A stretch of DNA of 63,189 nucleotides, the filler included. It is 7 parts of 7 records of this genome, joined end to end, with 100 filler letters (N's around TTAATTAATTAA, not from the genome) between each part and the next. Parts side by side here need not be neighbours in the genome. Positions count along the whole stretch, not along the records: positions 1 to 15,661 come from SRR22947727_136; positions 15,762 to 22,669 come from SRR22947727_141; 5 more parts are not named here. One strand, written 5' to 3'. The notes beneath the pieces were generated by a model that saw only the letters and a program-made list of their open reading frames with translations, had not been told where the DNA came from and made no database searches. Positions 10,430 to 21,015 of this stretch are shown here, piece by piece (within the stretch, counting starts at the first letter, position 1; the number at the start of each line of letters is the position of its first letter). The translations under genes were made by a program, and so were the position numbers.

Positions 10430-12334
10430 ATGTGTGGAATTAATGGAATAATTAAATCTCAAATAGACAAAAATGATATAAATAAAGTCTATGAGATGAA
10501 CAAAATACTATCTCATAGAGGACCTGACTTTTCAGATATTTGGTCGAATGAAAATATTGTCTTAGGTCATACGCGTTTATCAATTATTGATTTGAATCCT
10601 AGAAGCAATCAACCTTTTGCAAAAGATAACTTAGTAATAGTTTTTAATGGTGAAATTTATAATTACCTAGAACTAAAAAAAGAACTGTCAGATGTAAATT
10701 TTTCAACAAATTCTGATACAGAGGTAATTTTAGAGCTTTGGAAAAAATATAAGGAAAAATGTTTCAATATGCTTAGGGGCATGTTTGCTTTTGCAATATA
10801 TGATACAAATACAAGAGAAACCGTAATTGCAAGAGATCATTTTGGAATAAAGCCATTACATTATTATATAGATGAAGAAAAATTAATTTTTTCATCTGAA
10901 ATAAAATCTATAAAAGAAACACTTAACATCAAGTTAAGTATATCTAATGAAGCAATATTATCTTCAGTTTATTATTGCTGGGTGCCTGAGGAAAATTGTA
11001 TCTTTGATGAAATAAAAAAACTTCTTCCAGGACAATATATTACAGTAAAAGATAATATATCTAAAATTAATAATTATTGGTCTAGCAATGTTTTAATTGA
11101 AAGCAAAACTACTTTTAATGATTTAGATAAAAGTATTGAAAAATTAAATTATACATTGGAAGATAGTGTGGAAAAACATTTAATTTCCGATGTACCAGTA
11201 AACGCTTTTTTGTCTGGTGGTTTAGATTCCTCACTTCTAGTTGCTATGGCAAAAAAAAAAATTGATCAGATTGATTGTTTTAATATTAAATTTACAGATA
11301 TAGATTCTAAATTTGATGCTAGCAGCGATGATTCTTTTTATGCAGAAAAAGTTTCAAAATATTTAAATGTTAAATTAAATACTCTTGAGGTAAAGCCTGA
11401 TTTATCAAATTTATTAGAAAAAATAGTTTATCATTTAGATGAGCCGGTGGGTGATTCTGCTGCTATTAATACTTATTTAATATGTGAAAATGCAAAAAAA
11501 AATGGTGTTAAAGTTTTATTATCTGGGATGGGAAGTGATGAAATATTTTCTGGTTATAGAAAACATCAAGCATTAAAAATTAAATCTAATTTAAGTTTTA
11601 TTCCTACTATCTTTTTTAATTACTCAAATAAGATAATGCAAAATTTACCAGTTAGATCTAATTCAAGTGGTATAAAATTTATTAGATGGGTTAAAAGATT
11701 TCTTAACATTTTAAAGTATTCCAAAAATAATAAATCATTTTTTAGAAGTTATACCTATTATGATATTGGTGAAGCAAAGGAAATATTTACTTTTGAAACA
11801 AGTGAATTGATAAAATCAACTTTTGATAAGTTTGATAAAAAATTTTCTTATGCAGAAAATAAAAGAAATTTAATAGATGCTATGAATTTTGTAGATTTAA
11901 ATGATTTTATGGTTTCTCTTAATTTAAAATACACTGATTTAGCAAGTATGGCAGCTTCTACTGAAGTAAGAGTACCTTTTATAGACAGGGAGGTAATTAA
12001 GCTAGCATTTCAAATTAATGATAAATTAAAAATTAGAGGTAATAATCAAAAATACATTTTAAAAAAAGTAGCTGAGCACTGGCTTCCAAATGAAATAATA
12101 TATAGACCAAAATCTGGGTTTACTTTGCCATTAAGAGCATGGATAAATAAAGATCTTAAATCCCTAGTTTCTGAGTATATTTTGTCAGAAAATGGTATTA
12201 AAAAAAGAAATATTTTTAAAGATACTTTTTTAAAGAAAATAATTGAGGATGAATATAACAATGTGGAAGACAATTCTCAAAAAATTTGGCAACTTCTTAC
12301 ACTAGAACAATGGTTTAGAAATAATGAAAAATAG
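10430..12334 (+). CDS. asnB: Asparagine synthase-family glutamine amidotransferase (probable sugar amidotransferase)
   Basis: MCGI N-terminus, HRGPD, RLSIID, FNGEIYN, LSGGLDSS, EVRVPF; glycan-locus context. Confidence 0.92.
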   Translation: MCGINGIIKSQIDKNDINKVYEMNKILSHRGPDFSDIWSNENIVLGHTRLSIIDLNPRSNQPFAKDNLVIVFNGEIYNYLELKKELSDVNFSTNSDTEVILELWKKYKEKCFNMLRGMFAFAIYDTNTRETVIARDHFGIKPLHYYIDEEKLIFSSEIKSIKETLNIKLSISNEAILSSVYYCWVPEENCIFDEIKKLLPGQYITVKDNISKINNYWSSNVLIESKTTFNDLDKSIEKLNYTLEDSVEKHLISDVPVNAFLSGGLDSSLLVAMAKKKIDQIDCFNIKFTDIDSKFDASSDDSFYAEKVSKYLNVKLNTLEVKPDLSNLLEKIVYHLDEPVGDSAAINTYLICENAKKNGVKVLLSGMGSDEIFSGYRKHQALKIKSNLSFIPTIFFNYSNKIMQNLPVRSNSSGIKFIRWVKRFLNILKYSKNNKSFFRSYTYYDIGEAKEIFTFETSELIKSTFDKFDKKFSYAENKRNLIDAMNFVDLNDFMVSLNLKYTDLASMAASTEVRVPFIDREVIKLAFQINDKLKIRGNNQKYILKKVAEHWLPNEIIYRPKSGFTLPLRAWINKDLKSLVSEYILSENGIKKRNIFKDTFLKKIIEDEYNNVEDNSQKIWQLLTLEQWFRNNEK

Positions 12335-12359
12335 AATAAAAAAATGATACAATATTAAT

Positions 12360-14525
12360 ATGAAGCAAATTTTACAAAATAATAATACTGGTAAAATCAA
12401 AATTGAAGAAGTTCCTATTCCTCAGCTGCAAGATAATTTCATTATAGTTCAAAATTTATTTTCTCTAATTAGCTCAGGAACAGAAAAAACTAAAATAGAA
12501 CTTTCAAAAAAAAATTTATTACAAAAAGCTAAGGCTAGACCTGATTTAGTTCAGAAAGTATTAAAAAAATTGAAAACTGATGGAATAATGGAAACATTTA
12601 ATACAGTAAAATCAAAATTAGATACACCAGTTCCTTTAGGATATAGCACTGCTGGGAAAGTTTTGAGTGTTGGAGGTCATGTTAAAGGAATATCCCCGGG
12701 AGATCTTGTTGCTTGTGCCGGTGCTGGTTATGCTAATCATGCTGAAGTAATTACTGTTCCTATAAATCTAGTTTCAAAAATTCCAAATGGAGTAACTTTA
12801 GAAGAAGCTTCTTTTACTACGTTGGGTGCAATTGCATTACAAGGATGCAGATTATCTAAACCATTAATTGGAGAAACTTTTTTGGTAATTGGTCAAGGTC
12901 TAATAGGACAACTTGCTTCTCAAATTTTAAATGCAAATGGTTGTAGAGTTATAGCTTCTGATTTGAATGACAATCTGATCAATTATTTAAAATCAAAAAA
13001 TTTAGAAACTTATAAATCTGATGAAAATTTAGAAAAAATTATTGAAGAAATAACTGATGGAAATGGTGTTGATGGTGTTTTAATCTGTGCTGGAAGCACT
13101 AGCAATTCTTTAATAGAATTGGCGGGAAGAGTTACAAGAGAAAAAGGTAGAGTTGTAGTTGTTGGTGCTGTAAAAATGGATATTCCTCGTGAAGATTATT
13201 ATAAAAAAGAAATAGAAATTATTATATCAAGATCTTACGGTCCAGGTAGATACGATCCATATTACGAAGAAAAAGGAAACGATTATCCTTTAGCTTATGT
13301 AAGGTTTACTGAAAAACGTAACATGGAAACTTTTCTTTCTTTAATTAATCAAAAAAAAATTAATGTGAAAGAATTGATTACGCATGAATTTCTATTTAGC
13401 GATGTAAATAAAGCTTATGATCTATTAAATCCAAAAAATGATCAATTTCATCTTGGAATATTGCTCAAGTATCAAGATAATAAATTTTTTGAAAATAAAA
13501 ATCAAACTTCAACAAACAAAGTAAAAATTTTTTCAAATAATAAAATATCATTATCATTAATTGGAGCTGGAAATTATGCTAAGGGAAAATTGCTTCCTAT
13601 ATTAAAATCAGATCCAAATGTAGAATTTAATGGAATAGTTACAAATAATGGTTCAAATTCTTTATTTATTAAAGAGACATATAACTTTTTATTCAATACC
13701 AGTAACATTGATGAGCTATTAGATGATAAAACTAACGCAATTATGATTACAACTTTGCATAATACTCATTCAGATTATGTTGTTAAGTCATTAAACGCGA
13801 ACAAACATGTATACGTTGAAAAACCATTAGCATTGAATGTTGAAGAATTAAAAAAAGTAAATCAAGCATTCCTCACTAACAATAGCTCTTTATTAGTAGG
13901 ATTTAATAGAAATTTTTCTTCATTAACCAAAAAAGTTTTAGATTTATTTAAAAATATAGACAAAAAAATTATACATATAAGAGTTAACGCTGGTAAAATA
14001 GATAAAGACCATTGGACACAAAACCCTAAAATCGGCGGCGGTAGGTTAATTGGTGAGGGCTGCCATTTCATATCTCTTGCCTCATGTTTGGCATCCAGTA
14101 AAATTTCTAAAGTTTATTCAAATTCAATTAATTCAAATAATTCAGAAATTATATGTAATGATAATTTTAATATTTCAGTTAAATTTGAAAATGGTAGTAT
14201 TGCAAATATTGTTTACACGTCTGCTGGTTCTGTAGCACTAGAAAAAGAATATATTGAGGTTTTTGGTGGTGGTTGTACAGCTAAAATTATAGATTTTCAA
14301 AAACTTGAGCTGTATCAAGATAATAAAAATATTTTTAGTAAAAAATATTCTTCACAAGATAAGGGGCAAAAACACATGATTTCATCATGGCTTAAAGATA
14401 TTAAATTAAATAAAATTTCAATGAGCTATGATTTTATTATAAACACAAGTTTGTCTACTGTACTTTCTGCTGAATCTTTAATGACAGGTGAACCCGTAGA
14501 CGTAAATTTAAATATATTAGATTAA
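12360..14525 (+). CDS. Bi-domain oxidoreductase (MDR/Zn-ADH-like plus Gfo/Idh/MocA)
   Basis: SLISSGTE, PLGYS..G, SRSYGPGRYD N-terminal domain; IGAGNY, HVYVEKP, VGFNR, GEGCHF C-terminal domain. Confidence 0.9.
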   Translation: MKQILQNNNTGKIKIEEVPIPQLQDNFIIVQNLFSLISSGTEKTKIELSKKNLLQKAKARPDLVQKVLKKLKTDGIMETFNTVKSKLDTPVPLGYSTAGKVLSVGGHVKGISPGDLVACAGAGYANHAEVITVPINLVSKIPNGVTLEEASFTTLGAIALQGCRLSKPLIGETFLVIGQGLIGQLASQILNANGCRVIASDLNDNLINYLKSKNLETYKSDENLEKIIEEITDGNGVDGVLICAGSTSNSLIELAGRVTREKGRVVVVGAVKMDIPREDYYKKEIEIIISRSYGPGRYDPYYEEKGNDYPLAYVRFTEKRNMETFLSLINQKKINVKELITHEFLFSDVNKAYDLLNPKNDQFHLGILLKYQDNKFFENKNQTSTNKVKIFSNNKISLSLIGAGNYAKGKLLPILKSDPNVEFNGIVTNNGSNSLFIKETYNFLFNTSNIDELLDDKTNAIMITTLHNTHSDYVVKSLNANKHVYVEKPLALNVEELKKVNQAFLTNNSSLLVGFNRNFSSLTKKVLDLFKNIDKKIIHIRVNAGKIDKDHWTQNPKIGGGRLIGEGCHFISLASCLASSKISKVYSNSINSNNSEIICNDNFNISVKFENGSIANIVYTSAGSVALEKEYIEVFGGGCTAKIIDFQKLELYQDNKNIFSKKYSSQDKGQKHMISSWLKDIKLNKISMSYDFIINTSLSTVLSAESLMTGEPVDVNLNILD

Positions 14526-14569
14526 ATATAGTAAAATCCTATTCAGTCTCAGGAAAAATAAAAAAATAA

Positions 14570-15552
14570 TTAATATTTATAATTTTTTTCCCATTTAATA
14601 GAACTTAAGATAATATTTTTGATATTATTATATCTAGGCTTTCATTTTAAAATTTTTTTTAATTTTTTAGTTTTCGCATAAACTTGTACGATATCACCTG
14701 ATCTTATTTTTAGATATCGAACATTAATGCTTTTTTAATTTTTTTAAAGATATCTATAATTTGTTTAACAGAGTATCCTTTTTCATAACCACAATTTATA
14801 ACAAAAGAATTATGATCATTTGTAAGATAATTTAATCCTTTAATATGTATATCTGACAAATCAGAAACATGAATATAGTCCCTTATGCAAGTTCCATCCG
14901 TAGTTTTGTAATCATTACCAAAAATTTTAACAACTGGGGTTTTTTAAAGACTCTATAGCTAAATCTTTAATTAAATGACCATGTAATTTTTCTATTTCTT
15001 CACTCTTTCCTGATTGACTGGCACCAGCAACATTAAAATATCTTAAAATCCTATATTTATATTTACATTTTGAATACATTTTTTTTATTAATTCTTCACC
15101 TTTAAATTTTGTATAAGCATAATATCCTTGTTGATTTGGTTTTTATTTTCATCAACTGAACCTTTCACATTGTCATAAATACTGCATGATGATAAAAATA
15201 TAATATTTTTTAAATTAGAATTTTTACAAGCTTGTAAAAGATTTTTAGTCCCGATAATATTATTTTCGTAATATTTTTTTTATTTTTTCCAGCCTCACCA
15301 ACATTGAGATATGCAGCAAGGTGGATAACATAGGTTATATTATTATCTCTTATAATTCTGGTTGTTTTAGATTTATTTTTAATATCAGCTTCAATAAATT
15401 TAGCTTATTTTCTTTATTAGTTTTTTGTAACCAGTTACTAAATTATCTTGAATTATTACTGTTTCTTTATCTTTAATTAATTGTTCGACTATATGAGTAC
15501 CAATATAGCCTGCACCTCCTGTAACTAAAATATTATTCCTTGATTTAGACAT
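14570..15552 (-). pseudogene. galE: UDP-glucose 4-epimerase pseudogene
   Basis: Manual translation gives [69 protein letters not shown] in different frames; frameshifts near 15410, 15280, 15140, 14940, 14730 and an in-frame TGA at 14642-14644. Confidence 0.93.
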
Positions 15553-15575
15553 TGTAATCTATATTTAAATTAACA

Positions 15576-15661
15576 ATGCTAAAAAATCTTCCAAAAAAAT
15601 GCAAAGTTGTTGTTATTGGTGGTGGAGTAATTGGTTGCTCTGTTGCTTATCATTTAGCAAA
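15576..15661 (+). CDS. FAD-dependent oxidoreductase (sarcosine/dimethylglycine dehydrogenase-like), 5' fragment
   Basis: MLKNLPKKCKVVVIGGGVIGCSVAYHLA then contig end. Confidence 0.75.
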
Positions 15662-15761
15662 NNNNNNNNNNNNNNNNNNNNNNNNNNNNNNNNNNNNNNN
15701 NNNNNTTAATTAATTAANNNNNNNNNNNNNNNNNNNNNNNNNNNNNNNNNNNNNNNNNNNN
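15662..15761. other. Artificial contig spacer
   Basis: 44 N + TTAATTAATTAA + 44 N. Confidence 0.99.
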
Positions 15762-16286
15762 ACCTCTATTTGGCATACTTGCAAGACCCCAAACAAAAGC
15801 TTTGTCTCCAGCTTCTAGACCACAAACTTCAACACCTTTTTTTCCAAGGTTAAAACCAGCAGCAAATAGGTCAGCACCTGCATAACCAAAACCAGTAGTC
15901 TTAAGCTCAGCTTCTAAATCAGGAAGGGGAGTGTTCATAGTAGTAACTACTATTCCCATTTCTCTTGCTTCATTAATAATAGGTCTCATTGCAGCATCAC
16001 CAGGAAAGCCATAAATAGCAATTCCATCTGGTTGAAGGGCAACAGCTTCTTTGAACTGTTTGATCATGATTTCTGAATTCCACTGAGACCAGTAATAATC
16101 AACATCACAACCAGTGTGTTCAGCAGCAGCTACTGCACCGTTATAAACAATAGTTCCAAATGGTCCACCTTCTGGTCCACCTGGAAAAAAGATAAATTTC
16201 TTATCACAACTGTAGTCATTTTTAGCAATTGCTGAAGTTGATGCAAAAGCAAAAAAAAGGGCTACTAAAGCTAAAATTTTTTTCAT
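15762..16286 (-). CDS. Sugar ABC transporter substrate-binding protein (RbsB-like), truncated by contig end
   Basis: Signal peptide ending AIA, FGTIVYNGAVAAA, EAVALQPDGIAI, GIVVTTMN, GYAGADLFAAG; GGAGG RBS upstream. Confidence 0.88.
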
Positions 16287-16331
16287 TTTTCCTCCATGAA
16301 TTTTATTTTATATATAATTTTTAATTTTATA

Positions 16332-16352
16332 TGTGAAAATGATTTTTTTACA
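16332..16352. promoter_or_regulatory. Candidate operator (imperfect inverted repeat) in divergent promoter region
   Basis: TGTGAAAA-TGATT-TTTTTACA, 7 of 8 arm positions pair; AT-rich background weakens it. Confidence 0.3.
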
Positions 16353-16478
16353 AACTTAATCTAAAAAAAGATCAAAAAATCATAATGCGACAAAAAAACT
16401 ATTAATTTTAACAAATTAGTTAATTAACACACCTAGTTTAAAGTTTGATATTTGGTTAAAAGATGATAATTTAATATT

Positions 16479-17459
16479 ATGGATGTAGATTTAAACAGTT
16501 GGTATAAACCTAATATAGATAAAAAAGAATTTAAAAAACTGTGCAAAAAATCTGACTGGCAAGGTTTTAAACACATGATCATTTATTTTTCATTTTTAGG
16601 ATTATTTGGTTATTTGGCGTTTGCAACATGGGGTACATGGTGGTCTTTATTATTTTTTATAATATACGGAAATATTTGGGGATGTAGTGATGCGATATGG
16701 CATGAAACTGGTCATAGAACAGCATTTAAATCAAAGTTTTGGAATGATTTTTTTTATTACATTGCCAGCTTTATGGATAATTTTGAGCCAATAAGATGGA
16801 GATATTCTCATTATCATCACCATACGTATACAATATTCTCTGATCCTGTAGATTTTGAAATTCATGTTAAAAAACCTACTGATTTAATAATTTTCTTCAC
16901 CCACTATATACCTTTTTCAGGTTTTATATTTTTTAAAAATTCTCTTCAGTGGGAAACAATTAAACATGCATTTGGTGTTACAACAGAAGTAATGAAAGTA
17001 TGTATCCCTGAAAATGAAAGATCAAAATGTCGTTGGTCAGCAAGAAGTCATGTTTTTATTTGGTTAGTTACAATTTTCTGCTCAATTTATTTTCAATCTT
17101 GGTTACCTGTGTTGTTTATTGTACTTCCAAATTTTTATGGCAAAACGTTAGTTATGTTAATGGGGCTAACGCAGCACGCAGGTTTACAAGAAGATGTAAA
17201 AGATCACCGTTTAACGACAAGAACAGTTCATTTAAATCCAATTTTTAGTTTTCTATATTGGCATATGGAGTACCATGTTGAACACCATATGTTTCCTCAG
17301 GTTCCATCTTACAATTTAAAAAAATTACATGCATTAATTAAAGATCAAATGCCTCCCGCAAGAAAGGGATTATGGGGAGCTTATAAAGAAATTATTCCAG
17401 CTCTAGTGAAACAAGCTAAAGATCCAAATTATAAAATTTCTTTAGTTATACCAACTTAA
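16479..17459 (+). CDS. mocD: Membrane di-iron oxygenase, fatty-acid-desaturase family (MocD-like), copy 1
   Basis: His boxes HETGH, HYHHH, HVEHH plus TQHAGL; adjacent to Rieske ferredoxin and reductase as in rhizobial mocDEF. Confidence 0.85.
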   Translation: MDVDLNSWYKPNIDKKEFKKLCKKSDWQGFKHMIIYFSFLGLFGYLAFATWGTWWSLLFFIIYGNIWGCSDAIWHETGHRTAFKSKFWNDFFYYIASFMDNFEPIRWRYSHYHHHTYTIFSDPVDFEIHVKKPTDLIIFFTHYIPFSGFIFFKNSLQWETIKHAFGVTTEVMKVCIPENERSKCRWSARSHVFIWLVTIFCSIYFQSWLPVLFIVLPNFYGKTLVMLMGLTQHAGLQEDVKDHRLTTRTVHLNPIFSFLYWHMEYHVEHHMFPQVPSYNLKKLHALIKDQMPPARKGLWGAYKEIIPALVKQAKDPNYKISLVIPT

Positions 17460-17538
17460 AGCTATACTTCGAAAAAAAATTTATAATAAAAATTATTATA
17501 TTTTTTATGAGTATGACAGAAGGAACATTGGTTAAAAA

Positions 17539-18774
17539 ATGAATTCTCTTAAAAAAATATTAATTATAGGTAGTGGTCAGGCTGCTATTTATGCGGCAAG
17601 TGAATTTAGAAAACATGATAAAGATTCTGCAGTTACAATATTTGGTAATGAAAATTACCATCCTTATGAAAGACCCCCTCTGTCAAAAGAATTTCTTATG
17701 GATAAAAAAAAGGAAGATGAATTTTTATTTTTTTCAAAAAATTTTTTTGATGATCAAAATGTTAGTATTATTAATAAAACAATAGACTCAGTTGATTTTA
17801 AAAATAAATTTTTAATATCTTTTGATAATAATAAATATTTTTATGATAAACTTTTAATTACAACAGGCTCCACTAATAGAAAAATAGAAATTGATAAAGA
17901 AATCGATAATGAGATTTATTATTTAAGAAATTTAGATGAGGCTAATAAAATTAAAAAGAAAGCTTCTGAAGTAAATAACATAGCTATTATAGGTGGGGGA
18001 TTTATAGGCTTAGAAATCGCATCTTCCCTAAACCAGCAAAATAAATCAGTCAATATAATAGAAATTTCTAATCAATTAATGGGAAGAATAATCCCTTCTC
18101 CCATTGCAAATTTAGTAAAAGTCGAACATGAAAAGCATGGTAATAAAATACATCTAGATAGTAAAATTAAAAGCATTGAAAAAATTAATGATACTTTTAA
18201 AATTTTACTTGAGAATGATCATATTATTGAAACAGAAATGATTATTGGGGGTATTGGCTCTATTCCAACTACAGATTTGTTTAATAACTCAGATTTAGAA
18301 TTAAAAAATGGAATTTTAACAAATAAATATAATCAAACATCAGTTGAAAATGTTTATGCGGCGGGAGATGTGTCAAATTTCTACCACCCACTATATCAAA
18401 AAAATATTAGACTTGAGTCTTATCAACATGCCCAAAATCAGGGAATAAATGCTGGAAAGAATATTGCTGGAATAAAATCAGAATATTTATCTGTTCCTTG
18501 GATGTGGTCTGATCAATTTGATTTAAATTTGCAACTCACTGGACTATGTGATGATTATCATGAAATAATTGAAAGAGGTGAGGATATAGAAAATGGAATT
18601 ATTCATTTTTTCATTAAGGATGACAAAATAGTTGGGGCATGTGGTTTGGGCTTAGTAGGTAAAGTTGGGCGAGATATTAGAATTGCTTCAAAATTAATTG
18701 AAAAACAAACTATTGTTGATAAAAAAATTCTATCTGATCAAAATCAAAAATTAAATCCTCTTTTAAAAAAATAG
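17539..18774 (+). CDS. mocF: Ferredoxin-NAD(+) reductase (MocF-like)
   Basis: IIGSGQA, PYERPPLSK, IIGGGFIGLEIA, VYAAGD, PWMWSDQFD. Confidence 0.9.
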   Translation: MNSLKKILIIGSGQAAIYAASEFRKHDKDSAVTIFGNENYHPYERPPLSKEFLMDKKKEDEFLFFSKNFFDDQNVSIINKTIDSVDFKNKFLISFDNNKYFYDKLLITTGSTNRKIEIDKEIDNEIYYLRNLDEANKIKKKASEVNNIAIIGGGFIGLEIASSLNQQNKSVNIIEISNQLMGRIIPSPIANLVKVEHEKHGNKIHLDSKIKSIEKINDTFKILLENDHIIETEMIIGGIGSIPTTDLFNNSDLELKNGILTNKYNQTSVENVYAAGDVSNFYHPLYQKNIRLESYQHAQNQGINAGKNIAGIKSEYLSVPWMWSDQFDLNLQLTGLCDDYHEIIERGEDIENGIIHFFIKDDKIVGACGLGLVGKVGRDIRIASKLIEKQTIVDKKILSDQNQKLNPLLKK

Positions 18775-18830
18775 TCAAAAATTATTATTTCTATTTATTT
18801 TTTAGATTTTATTATTATATAAACAACATT

Positions 18831-19148
18831 ATGGTAGAAGAAAATTGGATAGAAGTTGGCAAAGTAGATAGTATTGATATGGAGGATCTAATTAGGTTCG
18901 ATCATGCTGAAAAAACCTTTTGCGTTTATCGGATAGAAGATGGTTTTTATGCTACAGACGGTATTTGTACGCATGAAGAGGTTCACCTAGAAGATGGTCT
19001 GGTGATGGATGATGAGATAGAATGTCCAATGCATCAAGGGATTTTTAATATTAAAACGGGAGAAGCAATAAGCCCACCTGCTTGTGATGATTTAAAAACA
19101 TATCCAGTAAAAGTTGAAAATGATTTAGTTTACATTAATATACCCTAA
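18831..19148 (+). CDS. mocE: Rieske [2Fe-2S] ferredoxin (MocE-like)
   Basis: CTHEEVHL and IECPMH Rieske ligand motifs, 105 aa. Confidence 0.93.
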   Translation: MVEENWIEVGKVDSIDMEDLIRFDHAEKTFCVYRIEDGFYATDGICTHEEVHLEDGLVMDDEIECPMHQGIFNIKTGEAISPPACDDLKTYPVKVENDLVYINIP

Positions 19149-19165
19149 ATTTTTGGGAGATATTT

Positions 19166-19993
19166 ATGAGTAGAAAAAAATTAACAGTTCACGATTATTT
19201 ACAGTGTAAAGGTAAGAGACAACTCAGTGTCATGTTTGTACATAATGCTGATGAAGCAGCTGCAGCTGAAGAAGCTGGCATTGATATGATTTGCACTTCT
19301 CATGATGCTCCACAATTTGGAATTTACAATTCATTTGATGAATTAAAAAGAATTCGTGCAGCTGCACCAACATGCTTTATGCAATCTGGAGGAGCAGTTC
19401 GAGTTGCTTCAGAATATGAAGCAATGAAGTTATCACATAAATATTTAGATATTGGCGCTGATGTAATTTATGGAGGTAACTGGAGTTATAAGTGGCTTAG
19501 AGCTCTAAGAGATGAATTTGTTCCAATTAATAGTCATGTGGGTTTAGTGCCAGGAATTGCTACATGGATTGGTGGATTTAAAGCTCAAGGAAAAACAGCT
19601 GATTCAGCAATGAAAATTTTACAAAACACAATTGAATTACAAGAAGCTGGTGTTGTGGGCGTTGAATTAGAAGTTGTTCCTCCAAAGGTGGCAGAAGTGA
19701 TAACCAAAAAAGTAGATATTATGACTTTGTCTATGGGAAGTGGATCAGGTTGTGATGGGCAGTATTTATTTGCTAATGATGTACTTGGGTATACCGAAGG
19801 TCATACACCTAGACATGCAAGAATTTATAGAGATTTCAAAAAAGAATTTGCAAAAATTCAAGTAGAGAGAGTTAATGCTTTTAAAGAATTTCATAATGAT
19901 ACTGTTAATAAAAAATTTGATGATCCAAAAATTACTGTTGGAATTGATGAAAAAGAATTTGAAAATTTTTTAAAACTTTCTGAAAAATATTGA
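19166..19993 (+). CDS. PanB-fold (ketopantoate hydroxymethyltransferase-like) protein, copy 1, degenerate active site
   Basis: HVGLVP, GGFKAQGK, ELEVVP, SMGSGSGCDGQ, DVLG..HTPRHA present; GDS, D.PF and VK.EG motifs absent. Confidence 0.85.
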   Translation: MSRKKLTVHDYLQCKGKRQLSVMFVHNADEAAAAEEAGIDMICTSHDAPQFGIYNSFDELKRIRAAAPTCFMQSGGAVRVASEYEAMKLSHKYLDIGADVIYGGNWSYKWLRALRDEFVPINSHVGLVPGIATWIGGFKAQGKTADSAMKILQNTIELQEAGVVGVELEVVPPKVAEVITKKVDIMTLSMGSGSGCDGQYLFANDVLGYTEGHTPRHARIYRDFKKEFAKIQVERVNAFKEFHNDTVNKKFDDPKITVGIDEKEFENFLKLSEKY

Positions 19994-19999
19994 TTGTAA

Positions 20000-21013
20000 A
20001 TGCTTGCTGGTGATGTTGATCTGAATGCTTGGTACAAACCTGATATAGATAAAAAAATCTTAAAAGAATTATCTAGGCGTTCAGATATAAAAGGCACAAT
20101 TGATATTTCTTTATTCATTTTAATTCTCTCATTATCTGGATATTTCTCAATAGTAACCTGGGGGTCTTGGTTATTTATTCCAGCGATTCTACTTTATGGG
20201 AATATTTTTTATTGCAAAATTATAAGCATCCAGCACGAAACTAATCACGAGACATATTTTAAATCAAGAAAGCTTAATAAATTTTTTTATGAGATTACTT
20301 CTTTTCTGGGAGGTTTTGAGTCTGTAAGATGGAAATGGAGTCATTTTCATCATCACACTTACACAATTTTTACTCATGAAGAAGTTTACGATTATGAAAA
20401 TAATAGTCCAAGACCAACTGAGCCAATAAGATTTTTATTAAATTTTTTACCTTTAGGGCCGATCATCAATATTCAAAAAGTTAGACACTTCACACATTTT
20501 GAAATTATAAAACATTCTTTAGGTCTTATTTCTAATGTTGTAAAAATTACTGTTCCTAAAAAAGAAATTAATAAAGTTATAAACATGTCTCGTATTTATG
20601 TGTCACTATGGATACTTATTATTGGAATCTCTTTACTTTTAAATTCTTGGCTACCTGTTATTATGATCATCTTACCACCATTCTATGGCAATACTATCTT
20701 AATGATTTGCGGGATGACACAACATGCAGGTTTGGCAGATAATGTGAAGGATCATCGAAAAAGTACTCGTACAGTTATTTTAAATCCCTTTTTTAGTTTT
20801 TTATATTCTAATATGGAATATCATATTGAACATCACATCTTTCCAAAAATACCATGTCACAATTTAAAAAAATTTCACAAAACAATTAAAGATCAAATGC
20901 CGCCTCCTAAACGAGGAGTAATAGACGCGTATCAATCTATAATCCCAGCTATTTTTAAACAAGCGAAAGATAAAAATTACTTTATTGATGTTAAAATACC
21001 AACTACAAATTAA
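20000..21013 (+). CDS. Membrane di-iron oxygenase, fatty-acid-desaturase family (MocD-like), copy 2
   Basis: His boxes HETNH, HFHHH, HIEHH, TQHAGL; N-terminus DVDLNAWYKPDIDKK nearly matches copy 1. Confidence 0.85.
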   Translation: MLAGDVDLNAWYKPDIDKKILKELSRRSDIKGTIDISLFILILSLSGYFSIVTWGSWLFIPAILLYGNIFYCKIISIQHETNHETYFKSRKLNKFFYEITSFLGGFESVRWKWSHFHHHTYTIFTHEEVYDYENNSPRPTEPIRFLLNFLPLGPIINIQKVRHFTHFEIIKHSLGLISNVVKITVPKKEINKVINMSRIYVSLWILIIGISLLLNSWLPVIMIILPPFYGNTILMICGMTQHAGLADNVKDHRKSTRTVILNPFFSFLYSNMEYHIEHHIFPKIPCHNLKKFHKTIKDQMPPPKRGVIDAYQSIIPAIFKQAKDKNYFIDVKIPTTN

Positions 21014-21015
21014 AT

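Noticed and set aside
14642-14644. In-frame TGA in galE as evidence for a recoded genetic code
   Set aside because: TGA ends intact genes (e.g. at 19993 and 38335), Trp is TGG elsewhere, and the same gene has several frameshifts
16479-21013. Ordinary membrane-lipid desaturases
   Set aside because: Rieske ferredoxin, reductase and sugar-binding protein context matches MocDEF rather than lipid metabolism
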